A stretch of 24,418 nucleotides of DNA from a virus (Duplodnaviria > Caudoviricetes), in the IMG/VR virus record IMGVR_UViG_3300017780_002068, positions 1 through 24,418 of that record; one strand, given 5' to 3'. A program made the position numbers and the translations under genes. The notes under the pieces were generated by a model, which had not been told where the DNA came from, did no database searches, and saw nothing but the letters and a program-made list of their open reading frames with translations. Position 1 is the stretch's first letter, and each line of letters starts with the position of its first letter. This document shows, one piece after another, positions 1 through 9,025 of the stretch.

Positions 1-488
1 AATGGATTGTAAATCATTGAGAAATCGACAGTAAATTCTGTTGTGTTTTGATTAAAATCGTAAGATATACTATATGCTGTGTAAATTGAATTTTTAATCA
101 AACTATCAGAGTCAACAAGTGATGTTGCTGGGAATTTCTTAATAATTCGTGTAATCGATGCGAGTAATCTACTTCTTAATGAACCAAAAATAGAAACTGA
201 AGCATTATTTTTAGAAGATTTGAATTTAATTTCTTTTTTTCTTTCTTCTTTTGTTTTTGCCGATGTAGTTGGGGAATCTGTTTCCTCTTTTAAATCGTCT
301 AAAGTTAAAAAATCTGAAAATTGGCTAGTTCTAAATTTCTTGCTATCTTTTTCTGGTATGATACGGTCAATAGCAAAGTTCGTATTAGTCAATTGACTAG
401 TACCGTCGGTAATTTGTCTACCGACTAAGCTATCGCTAAATGTTTCTGCACCAGTTGCAACTTGACTTGGGACTTTTCTTGTAGCCAT
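1..488 (-). CDS. Hypothetical (probable virion/baseplate) protein, N-terminal 162 aa, truncated at window edge
   Basis: Not in the ORF track. The ATG at 488-486 overlaps the upstream TAA (TAATG). My translation is open to position 1: MATRKVPSQVATGAETFSDSLVGRQITDGTSQLTNTNF...SIFGSLRSRLLASITRIIKKFP...MIYNP. Confidence 0.85.
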   Translation of the reverse strand, partial: MATRKVPSQVATGAETFSDSLVGRQITDGTSQLTNTNFAIDRIIPEKDSKKFRTSQFSDFLTLDDLKEETDSPTTSAKTKEERKKEIKFKSSKNNASVSIFGSLRSRLLASITRIIKKFPATSLVDSDSLIKNSIYTAYSISYDFNQNTTEFTVDFSMIYNP

Positions 489-1405
489 TATTGTGTAATA
501 TCATCGAAATTTAATGTCTCGTCAATATCCGTCTTGTTTTCTCTAATTTCAAATAAGGTTTCGTTAAACTCATCCTTAACTTCATAAAGATTATATTGCT
601 TGAAGATACTGTTATTATTATCGTAAATTGTATAGATACCTGAAGACACTGCCTTACTTTGGTTACCATATAATGCGTATGCTAATGTTGAAGAATCGTG
701 TTCAACCATTTCCACTTCAACAGTTGTTGGGTTAAAGAATGTATTAGTTAAAATGACATTTTGTCCTGGTTGCCCAATAAATGGAACCACATTTGGTCTA
801 CTCGATGGTGCCGAAGATGGTGTTACAGTTAAAAATAATAAATTTGAAGCCGCAACACTATATTGATATCTAATTGCTTTTTGTGTTGTACTAGTTAAGT
901 TTGAAACAACTGGTGTACAATAAAAAGATGATGTTACTATTCTATAAAAATTTGGAACCTTGGTGTTATCGGTTGAATTTAAATACTCAATACGATATCC
1001 AACCAATCCTTGTGGTGTAAATTTGTTTCTGTCGGCGGATGGGACGTTACTTAAATCAATAACTAACCCCCTAACAGACGGTAATGACGCTAAAATTCCA
1101 CAATCTGAGATTGAGGTTCTGATTTGTTTTGGTCTGATGTGAAGAGTGTATATACCTAAATCACTAAAATCATCTGAAGTTAGTGTTAAGTTGTATAGCC
1201 CACCTAAAATTTCAACATCTGGAGCATCAGTGCTATCAGTAGTATCTCCGTTATGAAAAACGGGAGCAAGAACTTCCTCAGAGTTTAACTTTTTTAAGGT
1301 TACTTCTGCGGTTGATGTTCTATTTGGAACATAGTGATAAAAAACATCTACGTCCGCTGGGGATACATCTGCTGGTCTAATTATTCCGTAACTTCCTACT
1401 GCCAT
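488..1405 (-). CDS. Hypothetical protein (305 aa), probable virion structural protein
   Basis: Long ORF in the baseplate-proximal block with beta-rich composition and a TATTTAT motif upstream. No catalytic motif recognised. Confidence 0.7.
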   Translation of the reverse strand: MAVGSYGIIRPADVSPADVDVFYHYVPNRTSTAEVTLKKLNSEEVLAPVFHNGDTTDSTDAPDVEILGGLYNLTLTSDDFSDLGIYTLHIRPKQIRTSISDCGILASLPSVRGLVIDLSNVPSADRNKFTPQGLVGYRIEYLNSTDNTKVPNFYRIVTSSFYCTPVVSNLTSTTQKAIRYQYSVAASNLLFLTVTPSSAPSSRPNVVPFIGQPGQNVILTNTFFNPTTVEVEMVEHDSSTLAYALYGNQSKAVSSGIYTIYDNNNSIFKQYNLYEVKDEFNETLFEIRENKTDIDETLNFDDITQ

Positions 1406-1411
1406 AACTTT

Positions 1412-1423
1412 TTATAATAAATA
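1412..1423 (-). promoter_or_regulatory. Putative late-promoter motif TATTTATTATAA
   Basis: Lies in the 24-bp gap before the ATG at 1405. An identical 12-mer occurs at 8974-8985. Confidence 0.5.
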
Positions 1424-1429
1424 TAATTT

Positions 1430-2644
1430 TTATTGTTTTCTCACATTAAAATATCCATTTCCATATATGTCTACCTCACCAATGTTATCAATTTCTCCTA
1501 ATCTTAAATTTTTCTCCATAACACCTTGTTTCCCTCTCTCAACAAAAATGTCAGAATAAATTGTTGGTTCATCGATAAAACCTATAAAATGTTCATTTCT
1601 TGTAATCATTCTGTTAATCACCTCTTCTTTGGTAAAACTAGATGTACTACCTGTAATCATCGTATAACCGTCTGTAAAGTCACGATAATAAAGATTATCT
1701 AAAGTATATCCACTCCAATTAGAACCATCTGTGGTACCCGTTGTAACCCCATTAAATGTTGTTTGACCATATTTTCTCAATTCCTCAATTCTACTTTTAC
1801 CTATACCCATAAATTTAATGGTGGCATTTTCTGTTAACCCCGTTGAGTTGTCTAATTGATTTATGTAATCAATTTCAATTGGCATCGTCACCCCACTAAA
1901 TGATCCAAGAGGATTTATAATTGTTGATGGGTTTAAAAACGGTATTGAAATATTTTTTGAGATAATTTCTGTTGACCAAGGAGAGTTTAGGGTTATTGAT
2001 ATGGTATATGTAACTGGTGTATTAACCAAATTAATAGTACCATTCATACTACTATGAAATTGACAATTATAATAAAGAGTAGACGTTGAACCTGTGGGAA
2101 CAATAAAAGTTATTGTTCCGTTATCTATACCATTATTGGTAATACCATTATTATATTGATTAATCGTACCTATACTTGAAACTGTTTTTATCCAAAATGG
2201 GTGTCCGGGTGCGGATATATTAAAAGTATAAGTTTGACCTTTAGTTAAAGATAATGTAGGATTTGATTTACCGTTTATTAGGTATGCTCCCGAACCACTA
2301 TTAGTTACATAGAATGTATTGTATGTGTGTTGTAAAGATGGAAAAGATTGTCCAGGAGTACCACTATTAATTGTAAGTCCTGAAATTAAACCATCACCCC
2401 AATTAACACTATAAACTTGATCTACAATTTTTCTTAACTTATCTGGATTTGTAGTGGAATATATATTTACAGTTCTAGTACCTGTCACTCCAGAATATGA
2501 GAAATTAACTAATTGTTCAACTTGTTGTATTTCACCATCAAATCCCACCATAACACCCATCTCATCCACACTACTTTCTAAATAAAGTGGTAGATTAAAT
2601 GTGGTCCCGGTTTGTTTTAATATTTCGTATTTACTTGATTGCAT
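1430..2644 (-). CDS. Putative virion protein (404 aa): PKD-like domain with an inserted cupredoxin-like (type-1 Cu) domain
   Basis: PKD-like signature YSVNWGDG...LQHTY...YTISITL, interrupted by aa 110-208, which carry GHPFWI and YYNCQFHSSMNGTI (H148, C194, H197, M200). Confidence 0.65.
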   Translation of the reverse strand: MQSSKYEILKQTGTTFNLPLYLESSVDEMGVMVGFDGEIQQVEQLVNFSYSGVTGTRTVNIYSTTNPDKLRKIVDQVYSVNWGDGLISGLTINSGTPGQSFPSLQHTYNTFYVTNSGSGAYLINGKSNPTLSLTKGQTYTFNISAPGHPFWIKTVSSIGTINQYNNGITNNGIDNGTITFIVPTGSTSTLYYNCQFHSSMNGTINLVNTPVTYTISITLNSPWSTEIISKNISIPFLNPSTIINPLGSFSGVTMPIEIDYINQLDNSTGLTENATIKFMGIGKSRIEELRKYGQTTFNGVTTGTTDGSNWSGYTLDNLYYRDFTDGYTMITGSTSSFTKEEVINRMITRNEHFIGFIDEPTIYSDIFVERGKQGVMEKNLRLGEIDNIGEVDIYGNGYFNVRKQ

Positions 2645-3462
2645 TATCCTTTTTTCTGATAGAATTTTATTGGGTCTATACTTTCACCCACTCTCGTTCC
2701 TTGTAAATTGTTATTATAACGAAAAACTTGGTAGGAGTAATCAGTTTTATCAATTATCACCTTATAGTACATATCGTTAATTTCATTAACCTCAGAACTT
2801 CCAATGTCAGATTTAACAAAATCTAATATTGATCCATCTTCCGCATTGTAAAACTTTGCGGTCATCCAAAATGTATTACCAGTTAATGATGTCTCATTAA
2901 GTGCGGTTTCGTCTTGAAACCAAAAGAAATACATATTTTCTTTGTTTCTATAGTTTGAACCCATAAATGCGGGTTTATATATATAATCATTTAAAGTGGT
3001 ATAAAAATATTTTTCACCCAACGGTAATGAAAGGTTTTTTGCAAATACCATTCGTCTATTTAATCTACTTGGTTGGTCGGCAACTTCAACGTTGTTTAAT
3101 ATTTTACTTGGTGTTTTAAAAAATTCCAACCTAAAGAAACTATTGGTTATTTTTTTTTGCATTAACGCGTTTTCATTTGCGGATAATCCTGTTGGTTCGT
3201 AATCTTGTACATATGTTGACCCACTTAAAAAATAAAAATAGAACCATATGTCGGTTTGTGGGAATGTTAAACTACCTAATGTGGTGTTATATGGTTTATG
3301 AATATATCTAACCGTTTCATAATTTTCAATTGGGTTAATAATTTTACGTAGGGTTTGTGACTCCAATTCTTTTGCAGAATCTTCCCACCCTAAATCTGTT
3401 CTAAAACTTAAGTCCTGATTTAAAATGATTTTTTTATCCTCATTATCTCTTAGAATTTTCAT
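2644..3462 (-). CDS. Hypothetical protein (272 aa), probable virion structural protein
   Basis: The ORF track starts at TTG 3468, but the ATG at 3462 (MKILRD...) overlaps the upstream stop as TAATG, like its neighbours. Aromatic, beta-rich sequence. Confidence 0.7.
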   Translation of the reverse strand: MKILRDNEDKKIILNQDLSFRTDLGWEDSAKELESQTLRKIINPIENYETVRYIHKPYNTTLGSLTFPQTDIWFYFYFLSGSTYVQDYEPTGLSANENALMQKKITNSFFRLEFFKTPSKILNNVEVADQPSRLNRRMVFAKNLSLPLGEKYFYTTLNDYIYKPAFMGSNYRNKENMYFFWFQDETALNETSLTGNTFWMTAKFYNAEDGSILDFVKSDIGSSEVNEINDMYYKVIIDKTDYSYQVFRYNNNLQGTRVGESIDPIKFYQKKG

Positions 3463-5273
3463 TAACAATCAGTTGTATTTGTTCCTCCAGGTTTATTATT
3501 AAAGCTAGTTATTCCATCTGTTTTATTTCTGTAGAACTCCTCATTTCTTAAATAGAAATTAATATCGTTTTTGATATAATGTATATTATTAATAAATGGA
3601 TAATTTACTCCGTAACCATCTGGATCAATGAACCCAGGGTCATAAACGTCTTTCCATTTCCATAGTCCATCGTTTTCAAAGTATTTACAATTTTCTGGTA
3701 GATTATAAATGTCATCCGTATTTGAGGTTTCTATATATGGTGATAATTGTCTTAATTTAACTTTATAGTGTGGTTGATAATATAAACCACTTTGGTTCGT
3801 TGATGTTACTCCTGAAAAATTTACAGTACTTCCCGTTTGTCCGTGATTAAATAAATTAACTCTAGCGGTAAACTTGTGAAAAGATTCACTTATAATAGTC
3901 TCTTTCATTTCACTATTATTATATTCCACAAATGCCCCTGTTAATATTGTACCAACGGGTAGTGACGTTCCTCCTGTAAATGTATAACCACTAGCGTTTG
4001 ATGATATGGTTGTTGTTGTTATTCCTGTTTCTATAGATGTATCACCATTAAAATGATTATCAATCCAAGTGTTATGAAAATTAAATTTAAATCCAACCTT
4101 TGGTGGGTAATTAAAATATCCGTTACCATTTTTAAGAATAACCGAAACATAAACATCTGTTGGTGAGTATCCTAAATTATTTGTAATTCCAGTTACCACT
4201 AATGGATTTTTAAAATCATAAATTAATGATTCCATTCTATTTCTCTCAACAATAACGTCGTTATCACCTAACGCGTTTTCAAATAATATTTTTTTCTCGT
4301 CTTCCCAAATAGAATTTTCAAATCCCGCTTTATCTAAAATATAGTCAGAATCACTAGTTAATGTTTTATGTTTATGTACATAATATTCTGAAATGGTGTC
4401 CGTTATATTATCTTTATCAATACATCTTTTACCAAAAATAACAGAACCTAAAGTGGTACCAACAACAAATTCACTCTTTAATATGTTTAAAACATATTTT
4501 TCAGAATTATGTGTGGCATTTCCTACCGTTTCAACATAAAAAGTTCTACCAGATAAAGTAGTTGTGGTTGTATACCCCGTACCTGACGGCGCATAAAATG
4601 TGTTTCCAGTTGTTGAAATTGTAACATATTCTCCAGCCGATATTCCGTGTTCAACGGGTGAAACAAATGAATAATAATTACCATCACTAATAACTCTAAA
4701 TGGAATACCGTCTTTTGCTGTTGCTGTATATGTTATTCCTGTGGTACCACCACTCAATGTGTAATTTATTTTAAAATCTCTATCTTGTCCATACACATAT
4801 GACATATAAATGTTCCAATTTTGATATGGTGCACTTATTGGTGTTACCAATGTATGTTCTGGTGTTTCTGATAATGTCAATTGTTGACTGAATGAAGTTA
4901 AACTTGTACCTTGATTAGGTGTGTTAACTTCTCTAACAACGTCATTCCTTAAAAACGCAAATTCATTATATGGTAAAAATCCACTAGCAATACCAAACCC
5001 ATCATTTGGTAAGTACAATTTTCTTAATAAGGGATTAAATGATGTTGTTCCTGAATATAAATTTCTAAAAACCATTTTAAGTTTTCCGTGAATTTTATAA
5101 TTGTTACTTTCTGTTCTTTCTGTTTCAAATTGTGTTGGGACATCTAAAACTATATCCCTATCTCCTTGACGTAACAACGCCTCAGTTTCATCTAGATTGA
5201 TTCTTAGATTTAAGTCCTCCTCATTTGATTTGAAGAATCTTTTTGTTGGTAATATTATTTTTTTACTTTCCAT
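3462..5273 (-). CDS. Hypothetical virion structural protein (603 aa), Ser/Thr/Gly-rich
   Basis: TAATG-coupled on both sides. Contains HGISAGEYVTIS, resembling the HGLxxGDxVxI beta-module common in large-phage tail and baseplate proteins. Carries 12 [ST]GxT motifs. Confidence 0.7.
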   Translation of the reverse strand: MESKKIILPTKRFFKSNEEDLNLRINLDETEALLRQGDRDIVLDVPTQFETERTESNNYKIHGKLKMVFRNLYSGTTSFNPLLRKLYLPNDGFGIASGFLPYNEFAFLRNDVVREVNTPNQGTSLTSFSQQLTLSETPEHTLVTPISAPYQNWNIYMSYVYGQDRDFKINYTLSGGTTGITYTATAKDGIPFRVISDGNYYSFVSPVEHGISAGEYVTISTTGNTFYAPSGTGYTTTTTLSGRTFYVETVGNATHNSEKYVLNILKSEFVVGTTLGSVIFGKRCIDKDNITDTISEYYVHKHKTLTSDSDYILDKAGFENSIWEDEKKILFENALGDNDVIVERNRMESLIYDFKNPLVVTGITNNLGYSPTDVYVSVILKNGNGYFNYPPKVGFKFNFHNTWIDNHFNGDTSIETGITTTTISSNASGYTFTGGTSLPVGTILTGAFVEYNNSEMKETIISESFHKFTARVNLFNHGQTGSTVNFSGVTSTNQSGLYYQPHYKVKLRQLSPYIETSNTDDIYNLPENCKYFENDGLWKWKDVYDPGFIDPDGYGVNYPFINNIHYIKNDINFYLRNEEFYRNKTDGITSFNNKPGGTNTTDC

Positions 5274-8200
5274 TATTCTGCAGATGTAAAGGCTCCTTTA
5301 TCCCCGAAAAATTGAATGAACTTATCTACCCCCGTTTTACCAACTCTTAATCCAAAATAAAACATAAAAGGTGTTGATAGTATTTGTTTATTACCACTAT
5401 AATAATCTTGTGTTCTTCTAATAATAAAATCATCGGTATAGTCCCAAGATTTTATATCCCAAGTTCCGCTTTGTCCATATCTAGTATAAAGAGTTCCCGC
5501 CGATGGTGATGTTGTGGTACCACTAGTGACGTATAAGTAAGTAAAACCAGGAAATTCGTTATTATATGCGGTATAGTTATTAGCACTACTATCTATAACA
5601 TCAAATTCCACATCGTTTGTTGCGTTACCAGTGTCAATTGTTACTCCGCTAAATGTATAGGTCATAGGTAGTAACAAATACTTGTCTGATGAATCATTTG
5701 TTGTTCCAGTGATATTATATGCGTAAGTCATACCCTGTAGTGGTTGAACTTGTACGGTACCATAATCCCACGATTGATCATCTAATGTACTAACATTATA
5801 TGCACCAAATCCTGTTCCCTTTTTGTCCCATAAAAAGAATGGTACTTTTTGGGATGATTCTGTTAATCTTCCCTGTACTATTGTAACTCCATCATTTGCA
5901 ATGTGTGTTGGTTCGTTAAGACAAGCTCTTACCCTTTCTCCGTCATCAGATAAATAAAATGTTATTGGTAACGGTCCATAAACACTAGTTCCGTTTTTAA
6001 ATACTTGTGGAAATAATTCTGGGTCTAAAAATTGATATGAATATCCAAGATACCTTGGGTTTTGTAAATCAAATTCCTCAATACCTACTTCATTATTTAT
6101 TGATATTAATAGTAATAAATCCCCATCAAAAACACGTGAAGTATATCCAAATCCGTTATTGTTAAAGAAATCATTAATATCGTGACTACCATTGGTTGTA
6201 TCTAATCTATAATTAATAGCCATTCCCATTATTTCCCCAAAACTTTTAAATGATGTCGAACCAATTTGTCTAGTGACAGAACAATTGGGGTCTAATGATG
6301 GGTCAATACATATTTCTTTTATGAATTCATCTCTTGGACCTAAATCTACCATTGTTGTTGGTCTACCAATAAATGTGTTTTTAGTTGTCGAACCCCAAGA
6401 CGATTCGTTTCTATAAATTGCCGAACGATAATAATATCTATCTTCTGATGTTATGTATTTAATTATTTGACTACAGTAACTACCTCTTCTTGCCTTAAAA
6501 AGGAAGAAATACAGCGAACCAGATAACCAATTATCAACAAATGAATAATTTACAACTCCTCCACAAAACAACTTTCCCACTCTTTTTCTTTTTCTATATT
6601 CAGTAAGAACATTAAATAATCTTACCGTTCCTATTGAACCAGGTACAATTGTAAATGCACCATTTGAAAATTCACAAAAACCAGATTTTGTTTGTGGTGA
6701 ATATGTATTACCCTCATAATTAGTAACCAATTGATACCCAGAATCGGATACATTTGATGCTGTAACATCCATACCTGGAGTATATGTTGATGTTGGGGTT
6801 CTACCTGTACCTACATAATATGTACTTACTAAACTTTCATTATATGGAACGTCATAAAGTTCACACCCACTTTCAAGTGGTACTGTTATACTAAGTGGTG
6901 TCGATGTGTTATTTTTGTCTCTTATTATTACGTTGTATGGTGCCGTTAAATCCGTAAAAGTACCACTAATATCATTAAAAGTATATCCACTAGTTGAAAC
7001 ATCATAAACAAATGATGATGAAGTTAATCCAACATTTAATGATCCATATGATAAAATGTAACTAGATTGCCTACTAATAAAATCTGATATACCTGTTATA
7101 GGAACTGCAGTTGTTGAACATTCTCCATTATTTGGTACTGAAAACGCAAAATTAGATGCTGTTAATATTCTATTTAATTCGTCATCACTACCATTGATGT
7201 CTAAAGTACCAACTTGACAATATTCCAATGATGAACCTTGTCCTCCTTGAACACCAAGTTCGTTGTCACCATTACACTCTTCACATTCTGGATATGATAT
7301 TAAGTAAAGTGATCGTTGTGTTGAGTCTTGAATTGAGTATGCAAATTTTCTAATTGTTTTAGATAATTTTTTAATTGGCCAAAAATCCACAGCATCTGCA
7401 AATGAATGAAAAACTTTAGCTAACGTATTGAAAAAAGTTAACGTTACAAGATTAATCAATTGTTCAAAGAATAATAATATATCAGCAATTAACAATGTGA
7501 AGGTAAAATTCTTTTTACCAAAATTAACTGGTGGAGTTACAATTTCACTTGAACAATCTTCTTCATCACTTGGTACAATTTCTTTTAGTCCAACATATCT
7601 ATCATTTGTGAAATTATCACCATTATAATGTATATTTTGAAAAGATGACATCGTATAAACTTTATTGTATGTCATTCTATAAAAATAATCTCTTGGGTAA
7701 TATTGACCTAATTCGTTGTATAACATACCACGGTCTGAATTATTTGATACCGCTCCTGTTGGGTAATCAGAATAATTGGTAGAAAATGCGTACGATTTAT
7801 CTACATCGGTTGAGTATTCTCTAATATTAGGTACTAAAAAATTTGCGGATTTTCTTGCTCTAGCATTTCCAGAATCATCTAAAGCAAATCTAAATCTATA
7901 ACAGGATGATGTGGGTACTCCTTTGTTTGTGTCATTTGTAATTTCATTTTCACCAAATTCATTAGTAAAAATATAATCCATATTCATAGGAACCGGAAAA
8001 ACAAAAGACCCATCCTCTGGAATGTCTTCTTCAATATCGTAAGGTTCTATTATTGGTCTATTACTGTCGTCTTTATTTGGTGTATACCTAATTGCCTCAA
8101 TCGTTCCTGTTTTAGTAATTAAATCACACTTGCGACCCATTTTACGTCTAGGTGTACAGTTTCTATTAACTGAATTCTTACCACTATCTGTGTAAGTTCC

Positions 8201-8971
8201 CCCAATGAAAAACGCCTTAGGTTCAATCTTAACCCCCACTTCAGATAAATCAAAATCGGTTCTAGTAAGTCCAATTTCACAAATGTCTTCATTACCCCAA
8301 AATGGATAAACCTCAATTGATTTGTTAAATGATACAACTTGTGGTAAGGAATCTAAATCTACTGAAGATTTAAACTTATAACTATTTTTGAATTGGTCGG
8401 GACCTAAACCTTGTTTTATGAAATCATATGGTCTAAATGAAAAACATCCAATGTCCGATAAATCCAAATCTACGTGAATTGTTTGTTCACCTAATGGGAC
8501 ACCCCAAATCATAAAATCTCCCGCACTGTTAGTTTTTACCGTGTATTTGTAATATTTCTCATACACCTCTAAAACTTCTTCTCTAGTTAAAACATCCGAT
8601 TGGTCAAAAAACGTACCTGTTGGTTCGTGTCCTCCGTGTTGTTTTCTTGATGGTAATAGATTGTATCTGTAATTCTCTTCATTCTTATCATTAACCGTTT
8701 TAAACGGATATAATGTTGAGATAACTGGATCTTGTTCGTCCGTTTCGTCTAACGGTATAAAAATAGAAACTCTAGCGTTTGGGACACCTAAACCGTTGTT
8801 TACGGTAATCCTACCACAAACAACACCATAATCGGAACATAGAGAAGTGTAGATGTCTTTTTGTGTAAATTTTAAAGACAAAATCTCTAATAAATCAAAA
8901 TCTTGTTTAAGTTCGACTTTTAGAATTTGGTCTTTACCAATATTCGTTGAAATTCTATGTTTTTGTATCAT
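5273..8971 (-). CDS. Large Cys-rich putative baseplate/tail protein (1232 aa) with an N-terminal carboxypeptidase-regulatory-like beta-sandwich
   Basis: Directly downstream of the gp6-like gene. GVVCGRITVNNGLGVPNARVSIF...TVKTNSAGDFMIWGVPLGEQTIHVD fits a CarboxypepD_reg/transthyretin-like pattern. About 19 Cys by hand count, including CEEC, and an internal hydrophobic stretch. Confidence 0.65.
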   Translation of the reverse strand: MIQKHRISTNIGKDQILKVELKQDFDLLEILSLKFTQKDIYTSLCSDYGVVCGRITVNNGLGVPNARVSIFIPLDETDEQDPVISTLYPFKTVNDKNEENYRYNLLPSRKQHGGHEPTGTFFDQSDVLTREEVLEVYEKYYKYTVKTNSAGDFMIWGVPLGEQTIHVDLDLSDIGCFSFRPYDFIKQGLGPDQFKNSYKFKSSVDLDSLPQVVSFNKSIEVYPFWGNEDICEIGLTRTDFDLSEVGVKIEPKAFFIGGTYTDSGKNSVNRNCTPRRKMGRKCDLITKTGTIEAIRYTPNKDDSNRPIIEPYDIEEDIPEDGSFVFPVPMNMDYIFTNEFGENEITNDTNKGVPTSSCYRFRFALDDSGNARARKSANFLVPNIREYSTDVDKSYAFSTNYSDYPTGAVSNNSDRGMLYNELGQYYPRDYFYRMTYNKVYTMSSFQNIHYNGDNFTNDRYVGLKEIVPSDEEDCSSEIVTPPVNFGKKNFTFTLLIADILLFFEQLINLVTLTFFNTLAKVFHSFADAVDFWPIKKLSKTIRKFAYSIQDSTQRSLYLISYPECEECNGDNELGVQGGQGSSLEYCQVGTLDINGSDDELNRILTASNFAFSVPNNGECSTTAVPITGISDFISRQSSYILSYGSLNVGLTSSSFVYDVSTSGYTFNDISGTFTDLTAPYNVIIRDKNNTSTPLSITVPLESGCELYDVPYNESLVSTYYVGTGRTPTSTYTPGMDVTASNVSDSGYQLVTNYEGNTYSPQTKSGFCEFSNGAFTIVPGSIGTVRLFNVLTEYRKRKRVGKLFCGGVVNYSFVDNWLSGSLYFFLFKARRGSYCSQIIKYITSEDRYYYRSAIYRNESSWGSTTKNTFIGRPTTMVDLGPRDEFIKEICIDPSLDPNCSVTRQIGSTSFKSFGEIMGMAINYRLDTTNGSHDINDFFNNNGFGYTSRVFDGDLLLLISINNEVGIEEFDLQNPRYLGYSYQFLDPELFPQVFKNGTSVYGPLPITFYLSDDGERVRACLNEPTHIANDGVTIVQGRLTESSQKVPFFLWDKKGTGFGAYNVSTLDDQSWDYGTVQVQPLQGMTYAYNITGTTNDSSDKYLLLPMTYTFSGVTIDTGNATNDVEFDVIDSSANNYTAYNNEFPGFTYLYVTSGTTTSPSAGTLYTRYGQSGTWDIKSWDYTDDFIIRRTQDYYSGNKQILSTPFMFYFGLRVGKTGVDKFIQFFGDKGAFTSAE

Positions 8972-9016
8972 TCTTATAATAAATAGAAAGCAGACTACTT
9001 TCTATTATAATAAGAA
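8971..9016 (-). promoter_or_regulatory. Imperfect inverted repeat overlapping the translation start and a TATTTAT motif
   Basis: AATAGAAAG (8982-8990), 7-nt loop, CTTTCTATT (8998-9006), extended by TTCTTAT (8971-8977) and ATAAGAA (9010-9016). The TATTTATTATAA motif at 8974-8985 lies in the gene-proximal arm. Confidence 0.55.
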
Positions 9017-9025
9017 AAAATTAAA

